NCBI RefSeq assembly: GCF_001194135.2
Contig: NC_068982.1
Span: forward strand, 162,105,882 to 162,169,881
Direction of reading: 5' to 3'
From: Octopus bimaculoides
Taxonomy: Eukaryota
Length of the DNA stretch: 64,000 nucleotides
Under the pieces are notes generated by a model. The model was not told where the DNA came from. It saw nothing but the letters and a program-made list of their open reading frames with translations, and searched no databases. This document shows, piece by piece, positions 25,200 to 37,601 of the stretch. A program made the translations under genes and the position numbers. Positions within the stretch are counted from its first letter, which is position 1, and every line of letters starts with the position of its first letter.

Positions 25200-27803
25200 A
25201 CACGTTTTCGATACATTTTAATACCTCAAACCAGTTTTTTAAAACACATTTAACCATGAGATTGCTTCTGTTAGGTTGTACCAAATATAAAAGTTTGACA
25301 TAAATCACTCTCTTTCTCCCCCATACATACAGCCATCCATCTCACACACATGCATGCACTCATAGATACACAGACAATTGCACTCTCTTTCTATCTCTCT
25401 TTTTCTCTATGACTGGTCTCAGTACATAGCATTAAGTTCATACTAACATTTGGCACAGCTATAAACAAGCAGAAGTAGATGGATGATTGGCTGAGGGAGC
25501 AGAAGATACATTGGACTGGGATTTCCTTGTGCTTTCCCTCAGCTCATAAGACATTTTAAGTCCAGCCCTACAGTTTAATAAAATACTTGTTTATGGTTAT
25601 ATCATAACAAATTGCTTCCAACCGTATCACTCTGAAGTTAAGCAACATCGTGATTGGTTGGTACTTAGAGGAATACTGTTTGGGAAATCTAAGTATCATA
25701 AGTATTTTATAGTCTGAGCAAACAAAAAAATTCCTGTATAGTTGCTTGACTTGCAAGTTGTAGCAGCCAAAATCTCCTCAAATTACACCCTACTATTTTA
25801 AAAAGATACACTGAATAATGTGATTCTCGATTTTTCACACCTCCTGTATAATATATAGTTATCTTCTGTTTCTAAATGTTCATTTAGCTATTCCTGTACC
25901 ATGAAGTTTCTTCAAACAGAGCTGTCTGAACCGAGAGATATTTAAGTCCTTTAGAGCTTTGTAGACTTTGCTTGTATAAGTTATTTTCTTGGTCTCTCTA
26001 CCTACTTCACTACATTAACTGCTATTTCCTCTGCAATATCTCACAAAATAATACAGGTTTATCATAGCCAATCTCTTCTTCATAACTAAAATCATATTGA
26101 TGTACAGCATTGAATTAAAAACTAGTTATATGCATTCATGTACAAATGCACACACATACATGAATGAGTGTACATGCACACTCATGTACAAATGTATGTT
26201 TTACTTAGCAGCTCATCCCTTGGTCACTCTCTACTTGCAGACGTTCCATAATAATATAAATCACTCATTTTTCCTTTCTTGTATTTAATGTGGTGTGGTT
26301 ATTCATTGACACATTCTGTTTATTACTTGATATATGTGTGTGAGGAGATGATAGATTTATCTGTTTTATTTCTTTTCTTTCTTTATTATTATTTAGTTAT
26401 TTCTCTTTTTCTATCCAACATTTACTGACCCAGCTAATGTAATTTTACACACAGGTAAAACACTTTTAATTGAACAAAAGCAATGATTAGAAACTGTTTG
26501 CGGTTTACATTTTCTTTAGCCATTGTGTTTGTTGTTGTTGCCCCTCCCCCTCACTCTCTTTGTATATGACTCACATTACTGCATTCAAGCAAAGAATATT
26601 CTCCTAAAACTATATCAGGTCAAATGTAAATAGCAGACAGACAGACAGACAACACACACACACATCACTCCTTAAACAACTGACTTGTCACTGGCAGCTA
26701 TTTTAGCATTAGCTAAGTCAATTTAAAGCACTGTTTCCTTTATATACTTAGTTATTTATTGAAATTTACTCCAGTATTGAAATACACCCAAACGAGTGAC
26801 ATATATTCAATTGTGATGTATGATACACATTATATAACCTCCACCTGATGTTTAAACTGGATCATACCTACATAGTGTCATATGCTTCAATGGCTCTAAA
26901 GCAGAATAAGTATGAGAAAACAAGTTCTCCGAAAATTTATTTTTTCAGTTATTGTTGTCCATTTTGTGGAATATATGACTTAATGGTAAACACTTCAGGT
27001 TTTTTTTGTTTTATTTTTTTTTTTCCCCTCTTGCAAAAAAAAAAAGAAAGGAGAAAAATGGTGATCGGGAACAATTTAAAAACTTCTATATATGTCCGGT
27101 ATATTTGTATATGTATATTCAATTTTGATTTTATATCTATAATGATGATGCTTATTATTTTGTTTTCTTGCTACTTCTAGTATTTTTTTACACTCTTAAC
27201 ATCTGTTGCATACATCAGATAGGTTCTGTATTTTCTCTTCAAGTATAAATCCTGAAATAATTCCCCAATTAACAATACCTATACTCCTCGTTTTTATAGT
27301 TATATGTAACTCTGCATTTACAGTAATTGTTTCTTTACTTGGGACTGCCTCAGCTTTCATGGTTCAAATTTCCTCTTTTAAAGTAATCTAAAGTAAAATC
27401 TTCCAAAATTTCATGTTTATGTTCCCAAACACCATCTTATTAATGATAGTTATTTTAATAATTTTTTTCATTTTTTAAATCAATTGAAGCAGAGGTGGTG
27501 TATTTTCAACAGAACGAAGGGGTTAATAACAATGTTTCCTTCTGGTATTTTCCCAAAAGATTTTATTAAATAAGTGGTTTATGTTCAAACTAATTATTGT
27601 TTATTGAAATGAGTTAAAGCATTCTAATCATAACTTTATCATCATCATCATCAGCATACATCCATTTTCCATGCTGGCATGGGTTGGACAGTTTGACAGG
27701 AGCTAGCAAGCCAGAGGGCTGCACCAGGTTCCTGTCGTCTGTTTTGACATGGCTAGATGCCCTTCCAAACACCAGCCATTTTACAGAGTGTACTGGGTAC
27801 TTT

Positions 27804-28035
27804 TTGTGCTTTCTACGTGACGCTGGCACGGGTGCTTTTTACATGGCACCAGCATGAGTGTTCTTTATGTGGCATCGTTATGGGTGCTTTTTATGCACTT
27901 TCATCATGGTTGCTTTCTACATGGTACCATCACAGGTGCTTTTTACATGGCTCTGGCACAGATGCCTTTCACATGGTGCCAGCATGAGTGCTTTCTACAT
28001 GGCACTGGCAAGGGTATTTTATATGTGGTGCCATG
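27804..28035. repeat. 26-nt minisatellite (about 9 units) within an RTE-tailed element
   Basis: Units start at 27804, 27830, 27856, 27882, 27908, 27934, 27960, 27986 and 28012; consensus approx. GGGTGCTTTTTACATGGCACCAGCAT. Confidence 0.9.
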
Positions 28036-28460
28036 AATTCACAAAAGCCAGTAAGTTTTGATACTACCAAAAGCAATAAAAGTATCTAATCATGTTTCTT
28101 CTTCAACTAATTTCTCTTCTTGAAACATTAAAGTTTTCTTTTTGCCTCATAACACTATTTTGTAAGCTTTATGAAACTGATTTTTCTTGACAGACACTGA
28201 CTTCATTAAACTTTGGTAGATTACTTTTGATATCAAGTTAAACAGCTGTATAATGTATGTTAGCCAATGAGAGAGTATATGCCTGAAATACCAGCCAAAT
28301 CTCCCTACAGTAATAAAAATGAAAGGACATGTTCATGTTCTGGACTGTCTGAAGGAAAAGTGGGATGATCATGCCTGGAATGTCTTAGATCATTCAGAGC
28401 TCACATGTGACTAAGCAGTAACAGCAACAATTAAACATGTAGCCTTATAAAATTCTTCAA

Positions 28461-28680
28461 CCCTTTTGTTACCATATTTCTGTTAACATATGCTGCCTTT
28501 ATTTCAGTTAATTTCTAAAGTAATGAAGAATTTAATAAAATAACTTTCTAATTATTATGCTGGGGCATGAAGCAGTTTAGCATAAAATTTTGATGGAAGA
28601 TTATAATTTAGACCACTTTAAAACAGTAAGTTTATGTCATAGAATCTGGGATAGTTTTAGGCAGGTTGGTATCAACAGAG
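28461..28680. mobile_element. Decayed piggyBac-type MITE
   Basis: (TCAA)CCCTTTTGTTACCA ... TGGTATCAACAGAG(TTAA); imperfect TIRs with TTAA-like flanks. Confidence 0.55.
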
Positions 28681-30035
28681 TTAAACACTACACACTATTC
28701 TCCTTTTTTGACGTAAAGGAAGAATCTATCAACATAGTGCTTTCCCCTCATTAAACTCTAATGTTTTACTTAGTCTATTAAATTCTCTGTTGTCCTATAA
28801 ACCATTCAAAACAAATAATAACTTTCTCAGACTATAGATATGAAGATTGTGATTTGCCTTCTCCCTTTTGGAGATCTTCAGGGATTTGTGGCATTGCCTT
28901 CCTCAGAGAAGAAACTATTTATCTTACAAGTTTGTCTGAGCTTTTAATTTTTTTTTTTTTTTTGCTATTATTCATTTATGCAATCAATATCTATGAGTGT
29001 ATCTACATTTATATTATTTCAATGTTGGTATGTCAGATGATCAGATGTACAGACATCTAATACAAACTGAATACCAAGTATATAAATCTTAGTATTCTGA
29101 GGCTTTCTCAGACTAAACTTTCTTCAACTCATCTAACTCCCTGACAACAAAAGGAGGACTGTTACTAAAACGTGAACTAATGATGGGTATGGGTATTATA
29201 ATACTCAAGGTGGTGAGCTTGTAGAATCATTTACACATTAGATAAAATGCTTATTGACATTTCATCTGGCCCTTTATATTCTAAGTTCAAACCCCATCGA
29301 GGCCAACTTTCATCCTCCTAGGATCAATGAAATGACATACCAGTCATGTACTGGTGTCAGTATAATTGACCTCTAAATTGCTGACCTTGAACCCTGCAAT
29401 GGGCCAGCTTCATTTTCAGGAAAATGTTGTATTCTCAGTCACTTATACACCATAGAAACAAGGTAACCAGCCTTGTGAGTCCAAGGGCTAAAGAAAAAAG
29501 TATTATATTAATAAAATGTAATAGTGAGAATATGACAGAAGAATTCAGTGGGCTAAAATCATCATAATTTGGTTTGACTTAGAACTGTTATTTTCAAGTT
29601 GGAAGGATTTATCTCTCTTCCCAAAGAAAATACATTGATACTGGATGAAACTATTCCTTGTGAGAAAAACTGTCCAGAAGCCAATTATGTGTGTGTGCAC
29701 ATGCATGCATCATCATCTATTAACATCTATCTCCCATGCTGGCTTGTGTTGAATGGTTTGAGAGAATATGGCAGGTCCAGTAACTCCAGTGTTCGCTTTG
29801 GCATGGCTTTTAACTTGCCAACCACTTTACAGGATGTATAGAGTAGGGTTCTCCCCATTCTTTGTGACACCAGCACAAATGAGGTCGTCATATAACTCAC
29901 AAAACTAAAATCCCCATCAGCTGAGTGGGGCTACAGTAGAGAGAGAGAGGGTGGCTTTATCCTAGGAGATGATAGATTAAAGTATGAAAGAAGAGGCCAA
30001 AACAGAACGATTTTCTTACTGTAGAGGAGCTAGAT

Positions 30036-30067
<32 letters not shown>

Positions 30068-30639
30068 GCATGCGTGTATATATATATATATATATGTATA
30101 TAAATGTGTGTGAGTGTGCATAGCATCATAATTTAAACACCCACTTTCCCATACTTGCATGGGTTAGATGGGATATGTTGAGGCAGATTTTCTACTGCCA
30201 GACACTATGGTGGGACTTTGTGTTTGTGCAGGCATGCACACGTGTGTATACACACACACCCATGGCACAGGCAAATCCCAACACACCCAGGCATACATGT
30301 GAAAATGAATGTTAGAATAATGATGGTACACACCCAAATATATATATATATGTATATTGTATTAGTTTGACAGTATATTTTGTCTGACTGATTATACATT
30401 GAATGTTTGCTCAGACTTATCTTTGAGTCCTTTATTGTAAGTGACTAGGTACAACTTCTTTCAACTTGTCATCCCTAGTATATCTTTTACTTGTTTCAAT
30501 CATTTGCCTAGACAAAGATTATACCATCTGATAACAAGGTTCTTTAAAAGGGATTTAGTCATACTCATGGCCAAATTCTGGAAGAGACTGATTAATTTTA
30601 GTGCCTTGGTGCTACCTTCACTACCACAGGGCTGGATTA

Positions 30640-30970
30640 AGATGTGATAAATATTCACATCATTAGCTTAAAAACTGGCTTCAGTCTAGATCAAAAATTG
30701 ATGTAGCTACAAAAATTTACATCTACCAAATACTTGTTCACACTATGTTGATATAGGACTGTGAAACATTGGTCAGTAAGAATGGCAGACTTACATCAGC
30801 TGGAAGTATTTGATCACTTTTGTGTTCACTGAATCCTCCATTTTTGCAATTGAATTTTGTGTCAGGCTCTGAAGTTTGTTATTGTTGGCAGATTAATTTC
30901 CTTCAACAACAAAACCTGTAACCAGACTAACAGATTTTGATTTGGTCACAGATTCTATTGTCTTACAATA
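30640..30970 (+). mobile_element. Highly degenerate RTE RT C-terminal remnant
   Basis: ATKIYIYQILVHTML..CET..VRMADLHQLEVFDHFC resembles the RTE TK..Y...V...LLYGCETW..LE.F motif. Confidence 0.55.
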
Positions 30971-31439
30971 TATTATAAACAGTGAGGTTGGCAGCTGAAA
31001 ACATGGATTAGAATGAGCTAGATAGATCTTGAACAAATATCTACTCCTTGTATATATGGTATCTATGTTGGAAATGCAACTGGTAAATGACCTTTGTTAG
31101 GTTGTCTCTGTGACTGCCAGTCAAGCTTGGCTTTTGTACTCAGTACTATAGCTTTGCTGGTTGGAGCTGGCTCACTTCAACCTATATGAATGTCAACACA
31201 TATAATCATGAAAGAAATGATTGTCATTTGTTAGGTATTGATATTGAATTCTGCCCTGTCAACTTCCTCCTGCCAATCACATTTGATCCCCTTACATCCA
31301 AAAGACACTGGTGACGATACTATATAAAAAGCACTGGTGATGGTGTCACACAAATAGCACTGGTGATGGTGCCATGTAAAAACGCATACACACATGCACA
31401 CACAAGATTAAAATATATATTTACCAACATATATACCAA

Positions 31440-31868
31440 GGCACAGGTGTGATTGTGCAATTAGAAGTTTGCTTCCCAACCACATGGTTCCAAGTTCAGT
31501 CCCATTGCATGTCCCCTTGGTCAGATTCTATTGTAGCTCTGGGCTAACCAAAGTCATGTGAGTGGATTTGGTAGATGGAAGCTGAAAGAAGCCCTCATTT
31601 GAATATGTGTGTGTTTGTATCTCCTTGTCTTGACATCACATGATAGTTGTGAGTATCACAGTCATACAAGCAGTGTCATTCATTTCCAGTATACTGCAAA
31701 GGTATGTTTGGCCATAGGGAGATATCTCCTAGCTTGGAAACAAGTGAGGGTTAGTGACAGGAAGGGCACCAGCCATAGAAAAAATTTGCCTCAAATAAAC
31801 TCTGTCCAACCCATGCAAGCATGGAAAAGTAGATCTTAAGAAGATCTTCTTGATGACGATGATGACAC
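31440..31868 (+). mobile_element. SINE with family-A tRNA head and RTE-derived 3' tail
   Basis: Head matches 46918 onward; ends in CCAACCCATGCAAGCATGGAAAAG...(GAT)n like the RTE copies; similar copy at 58062-58430. Confidence 0.8.
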
Positions 31869-32468
31869 TGTTACCAAGGAGGAGCTCTTCCTCCATTACC
31901 ACATTATTGGGCACTTCAATGTTTCAACCCACCACACACATACAACCTCACACATGCAATGAATTTCATGATCTCTGAAACTCTTCAAGAACTATCTCAC
32001 TTCTCACTTGTCAACTTCCTGAGTAACTAGCCTAATTCTTGCAGAAGCACTCGGTTTATATTTAAATAGTTATTCAATATTGAAGTGTTTCTATACTTTT
32101 TGAAGAATTAGTTTGTACTCTTTGAAAAGTTCTGCTCCTGCGTTCATTTATTTAGTAATCACTTGGTCGAGAATAGTCAGTGACTAAAAACATACCAGTC
32201 ACTATCATGCCAAATAAGATTCATCATCTTAAAGAACCCTTCAGAATAATGGATGGTACCACTATGACATCATCACTTAGGTTGCAGACATTCATTTTTA
32301 TAAATTCCTCCTATCACTTCAATGTCAAGTGAGAAAAGTTCAGTCAAGAGTTCAATGAGAATATTCTGGTATATTAAGAGAAGTATAAACATTTCTCAAC
32401 GAAAGTTACAAGTTCTCATTAAAATTAAATCTCTCTCTCTCTCTCTCTCTGCCCTATGATTAATAATG

Positions 32469-32502
<34 letters not shown>

Positions 32503-32503
<1 letters not shown>

Positions 32504-32899
32504 CACAGGAGTGGCTGTATGGTAAGAAGCTTGCTTCTCAACCACATTGTTCCGGGTTCAGTCCCACTGCGTGGCACTTTGGGCAAGTGTCTTCTACTAT
32601 AGCCTTGAGCTGACCAAAGCCTTGTGAGTGGGTTTGCTAGACGGAAACTGAAAGAAGCCCATCGAATATGTATATGTATGTGTGTATGTTTATGTATGTA
32701 TTTGTGTGTCTGTTTGTCCCCCGCACCATTGCTTGACAGCCGGTGTTGGTATGTTTATATACCTATAACTTAGCAGTTCAGCAAAAGAGACTGATAGAAT
32801 AAGTACTAGACTTACAAAGAATAAGTTCTGGTGTTGATTAGTTCGGCTAAAGGCGTTGCTCCAGCATGGCCACAGTCTAATGACTGAAACAAGTAAAAG
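32503..32899 (+). mobile_element. Full-length SINE family A
   Basis: Colinear with 46918-47351, including the internal TA/TG microsatellite and GAAACAAGTAAAAG end. Confidence 0.9.
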
Positions 32900-32900
32900 G

Positions 32901-32944
<44 letters not shown>

Positions 32945-33103
32945 GGTGCAGCCTTCTGGCTTGCCAGTCCTCAGTCAAACTGTCCAACTCATACTAGCAT
33001 GGAAACCAGACAATAAAGTTTATATATATATATATATATAGGTTTGACGGTGCAAACAGGATAAATAGAACCCAAAACATGATTATTTATCTACTTTTTA
33101 TTA

Positions 33104-33240
33104 ATATTTAGCAGAAGCAACAGTGTGACTAAAGACTGAGAGTTTCAGGTGTTAGCACATACCAAACTTATCAAAGTTTGGTAAATGTTAATGCATGAAA
33201 CTCTCAGCCCTTGAGTCACTCTGTTGCTTCTGCTAAATAT
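33104..33240. repeat. 137-nt fold-back palindrome
   Basis: Arms 33104-33147 and 33196-33240 are near-perfect reverse complements; the inner segment also pairs (TACCAAACT / AGTTTGGTA). Confidence 0.9.
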
Positions 33241-33456
33241 ATCATCATCATCATCATCATCATCATCGTTTAACGTCCGCTTTCTATGCTAGCATGGGTT
33301 GGACGACTTGACTGAGGACTGGTGAAACCGGATGGCAACACCAGGCTCTAATCTAAATTTGGCAGAGTTTCTACAGCTGGATGCCCTTCCTAACGCCAAC
33401 CACTCAGAGAGTGTAGTAGGTGCTTTTACGTGTCACCTGCACGAAGGCCAGTCAGG

Positions 33457-33458
<2 letters not shown>
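33241..33458 (-). mobile_element. Young RTE 3'-end copy
   Basis: About 6 differences from 1-200; (ATC)n tail on the + strand. Confidence 0.9.
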
Positions 33459-33497
<39 letters not shown>

Positions 33498-33579
33498 AAT
33501 ATGGTAAAAATTCGATATTATTTAATATCAATTTAATGCCAGGAAACTAGCACATTAAAAGAATCAGAAGGTTCAGGAA

Positions 33580-34156
33580 NNNNNNNNNNNNNNNNNNNNN
33601 NNNNNNNNNNNNNNNNNNNNNNNNNNNNNNNNNNNNNNNNNNNNNNNNNNNNNNNNNNNNNNNNNNNNNNNNNNNNNNNNNNNNNNNNNNNNNNNNNNNN
33701 NNNNNNNNNNNNNNNNNNNNNNNNNNNNNNNNNNNNNNNNNNNNNNNNNNNNNNNNNNNNNNNNNNNNNNNNNNNNNNNNNNNNNNNNNNNNNNNNNNNN
33801 NNNNNNNNNNNNNNNNNNNNNNNNNNNNNNNNNNNNNNNNNNNNNNNNNNNNNNNNNNNNNNNNNNNNNNNNNNNNNNNNNNNNNNNNNNNNNNNNNNNN
33901 NNNNNNNNNNNNNNNNNNNNNNNNNNNNNNNNNNNNNNNNNNNNNNNNNNNNNNNNNNNNNNNNNNNNNNNNNNNNNNNNNNNNNNNNNNNNNNNNNNNN
34001 NNNNNNNNNNNNNNNNNNNNNNNNNNNNNNNNNNNNNNNNNNNNNNNNNNNNNNNNNNNNNNNNNNNNNNNNNNNNNNNNNNNNNNNNNNNNNNNNNNNN
34101 NNNNNNNNNNNNNNNNNNNNNNNNNNNNNNNNNNNNNNNNNNNNNNNNNNNNNNNN
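33580..34156. other. Assembly gap
   Basis: N run. Confidence 1.
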
Positions 34157-34197
<41 letters not shown>

Positions 34198-34367
34198 TGA
34201 TGTTAAATAAGAATCTTTGTGAAAATCATATATCTTCTATCTGAAATGATATGTATAAACACTACATATTTAGCCAAGATCGTTTCATTGGACACTAAGT
34301 TTGCAAACACTTTGATTGTTTATTTAATTACCATCTATCATTATTCATTTATTTATTTATTCCACAG

Positions 34368-34559
34368 GAGGCCTCTGATAGCACAGAACTAATCCAACCT
34401 CAAATCGCCATGGTTACCCAGAAGTCTGCTCTTGAAGTTACAAGTGAAGAGGATCCAGAATCAGCATATGATATTGAAATGCCACCTCCAATGGCAATCC
34501 AAGAGCACACATTTGCTGCAACCCAGCCTTCAACATCAGATGAAAGCCACACAAAGCTA
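34368..34559 (+). CDS. trio: Trio exon B (phase 0-0, 64 aa): EASDST...IEMPPPMAIQEHT...HTKL
   Basis: TTCCACAG acceptor and CTA|GTAAGT donor; PPPMAIQ motif matches Trio/Kalirin PLPPPMAIQQH. Confidence 0.92.
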
Positions 34560-36291
34560 GTAAGTATCAATAAATTAGTTGTATTTATTTGGAATTATAA
34601 ATCCTCGTCCCCCAAGTTACTAGTATAGTATAATTTCTACTCTTCTCCATCTTGTATATGTGTGTTCTCTCCCCTGTGTGTCTCTGGCTATGTGTCTTGA
34701 CTTTTATTTCAGGTTTGAAATTTTGTTTTCTTTTTAGAACAAGTTAACTGGAGGCTTACCAGCAGTACTTGGTAAATTGAGGTTTAATAGCAATATGATA
34801 AGAGAAACATGAGATCTTGAATGTAATCTGAGACATTAACTAGCTTATGCACAGTGCACACATACACACACGGATTGTACTTCAATCTTCTCAGTTTTAT
34901 CATGCAAATAACTACCCTATGCATATCTTAACAGACTCACAACTTCATATATAAACATGAAAAACTGATAACTCCTAGAAGCTTTTTTTCCAAGGTGTGT
35001 TTATGTAAAATTAAAAATTTCTCCACACTTGTTTCCTTGTTTCTCTCATACCCTGTTAATCACTACCACAAAACCCTTTACAGTTATCACTTTGTCAGAT
35101 GATCCAGTGTTTAAACAAATTTCTATGTGGTTGTTTGTTCTGCTAGAAATAACAACCAAATCTCTCAAATTACATCCTGTTTTAAAAAATGGAAGACTAT
35201 AATGTCTGAAAGAGTAGGATGGTCATGGTTGGAATGCCTTTCATTATAGGCCTTCTCCATCATAGCTGAACTTGAACTAAACAGATTACCCCAATCCTAT
35301 CATTTAATCAGATGCTGAAAAGACAATTATAAAGGTTCTTTTCTCAACAAAATAAACATAATTTTCATTTCCTGATTCTGTTTGCATTTCTATTTTGACA
35401 TGGATCTGTCTTGTACTCTATATAGATCAATGAATCTGACCCTGGGTTACCAAAGGATCTAGTGTGAATTAAACATGTCTAGAGATTTTGGATAAATACA
35501 TTACTTCTTGTAGTTGTTTTATACTGGAATGTCTTTCACCATACAAGTTTCTCTCTCTCTCTCTCTCTCTCCCCTTCCTTCTCTCTCTTTACTTGTGTAT
35601 ATAATTTTATCTGACCTTTTGGGTTTTAGAAATTTCTAAAGAAAACATTCCCTCTTGTTACAGCTCTTCTTTCTCCTCTTCCTTCTCTGTATTATTTGAG
35701 GAACTGCTGTGTATCTGTTTTCTGTCTGTTTCTGACCCTGTAATTGCAAAATCTTATCATTCTCTCTACTCCTACGCATTCTGTCCATCATCTGTGAATT
35801 GTCAGCCTTCCCAATCATCATAGAGTTGTCTTATCTCATTCAACAGTACGCCATAACCCTTTCAGAACCATTGTCCACAGACTTGGTCATTCAATATCGA
35901 TCTGAGAAAACAGATGTGGCTGTGAAAACTCCACCTCCCAGAGAGTAATCATGTTGAGCTGTTTATAGATCATGAAACAAACAAAAATATGGGTGTGCTT
36001 ACTTTGCCAGCTTGTTGATCATCTGACTAAAATTACACATGATAGTGTCACTGTAACTAGAGTGTTAATGATACAATATAGGAGGACTATACAGTGTCCA
36101 CCATCAAAATGTTTATCTACCAAGAACTCATTATATTTCAGTGAAAAGATCAATACATTTTAAATGTCTAAATTGCAGAGAAGCTATTGTTCATAGGATC
36201 ATAACCTCATTTACAAACCGTATATTTGCATTCTAAACTACATTTCTTTTCGTTTTGTCTCCAGTCATCATGTGACATTTTATTCCTAGAT

Positions 36292-36339
<48 letters not shown>

Positions 36340-36358
36340 CCAAACTGGATTTGAACTA

Positions 36359-37601
36359 CAGTATTTCCCAATTGAATTTGTCCCTTTCTCAAATGAATTC
36401 ATCCCTTCAATATCAAAACCAATTTAGATCTTAAATATTTAAAAATTAGACACCTATAAGTTTAAACAAGCACACAAAATAGTATCTTAGCATGAGAATA
36501 GTGAGAATAAACAAAAAACTAAACTTAAAATGATTTAAACTTATTTTGAAACTCTTGTAATCATAAATATTTCACAAATCCTTCATATTCAATGCTTGCG
36601 GGATGAAAAATGTTTGATGTCGATTATATCTTGCACAATTTACAGCAAATATTGAGTCCATTGCAAGATACATTGCTGTTTTTAAAATATTCATTCTATG
36701 AATCATCATGGGCAAATTTTCTGGTCTGTTTTAGAGATCATTTTTATGACTCTGTGAAACTGCTTCACAAAAGATTTCAATTCATTGAACATTTCCTCAA
36801 TGGGATTAAACATTGGGGAATAAGGAGGTAGATATTTAACCGTATGTTGTGGTGTGAGATCAATTTCATCGACACGTTTATGGATGCATGCATTGTCCAT
36901 AATAAATATGACAAAAAGCTGTTAAATTCAGAAGCTGTGATCTTCTTAAATGTTTCGAATTGGACAAGACCTGACATATCCATAGTGGCAATAATGTTTA
37001 AATTTGCCCCTTTAGTAGAAGAACGATCAGTAATTGCCTGAACTCCATGGTAAGCTCTGCCCATTGACCTTCAAAAAAATAGATCGTAAAAATATTTCAT
37101 AAACAAAAATTTCATACAAGTATTTAGCAAATATAATAATCATTTACCTTGAAATCCAAATGTTGTAATTTGTTTCATCAATATATACACAGCGAATGGC
37201 CAATCCATTATCTTGAAGCCATTCTGTGTAATAACATCGCTCCTTTTTTGTGTTTTCATTATTTCATTCTTGGGGGCAAATTATTAGTATTTTCAGAGTG
37301 TATCCAAGGCCGTCAAAATAGTGATAAGTAGTTGATAATGAAACAGTCAGATCAAATTTCTCTTGTAAAAGTTCTCTCATTCTTTTCAAAGTCAAATTTA
37401 AGTCAAATTTTTGCTCTTTCTGGAAGCAAACAATATTATTTTTTTATCCTGCTCAGATACTTTCTTGTATGTCTTGTTTGGCATGTTAAAAATGTCTAAA
37501 CTATTATGTTTTAAATCAGACTTTAATACTAAAGGGATGAATTCATTTGAGAAAGGGACAAATTTATTTGAGAAAAGGATGAATTCAATCAGGAAATACT
37601 G
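36359..37601 (-). mobile_element. Complete IS630/Tc1-mariner-superfamily (IS630-like, DDE_3) DNA transposon, 1243 bp, TA TSD
   Basis: TA|CAGTATTTCC...GGAAATACTG|TA ends; TIRs 36359-36407 and 37532-37601; transposase remnant inside. Confidence 0.92.
36572..37484 (-). pseudogene. IS630-like transposase pseudogene with predicted intron 37147-37069
   Basis: MPNKTYKKVSEQDKK...NLTLKRMRELLQEKFDLTVSLST...LGYTLK...CVYIDETNYNIWISR|SMGRAYHG...VIFIMDNACIH...LPPYSPMFNPIEEMF...NCARYNRHQTFFIPQAL*. Lesions: an 11-nt duplication (about 37390-37411), a TGA probably from CGA, and frameshifts. Confidence 0.88.

Noticed and set aside
27804-28035. CRISPR-like appearance of the 26-nt array
   Set aside because: Units are directly adjacent with no unique spacers, there are no cas genes, and the context is a eukaryotic retroelement.
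32070-32390. Possible mariner remnant on the minus strand (YSRPSDY, NLIWHD-like words)
   Set aside because: Too fragmented to support without an alignment.
34738-34771. Possible cassette exon after exon B (good acceptor, G|GTAAAT donor)
   Set aside because: At 34 nt it would shift the frame between phase-0 exons, and it has no homology support.
36359-37601. Possible Fanzor/TnpB cargo in the IS630-like element
   Set aside because: The 1243 bp between the TIRs is accounted for by the transposase remnant and short UTRs; no RuvC-like ORF was seen.
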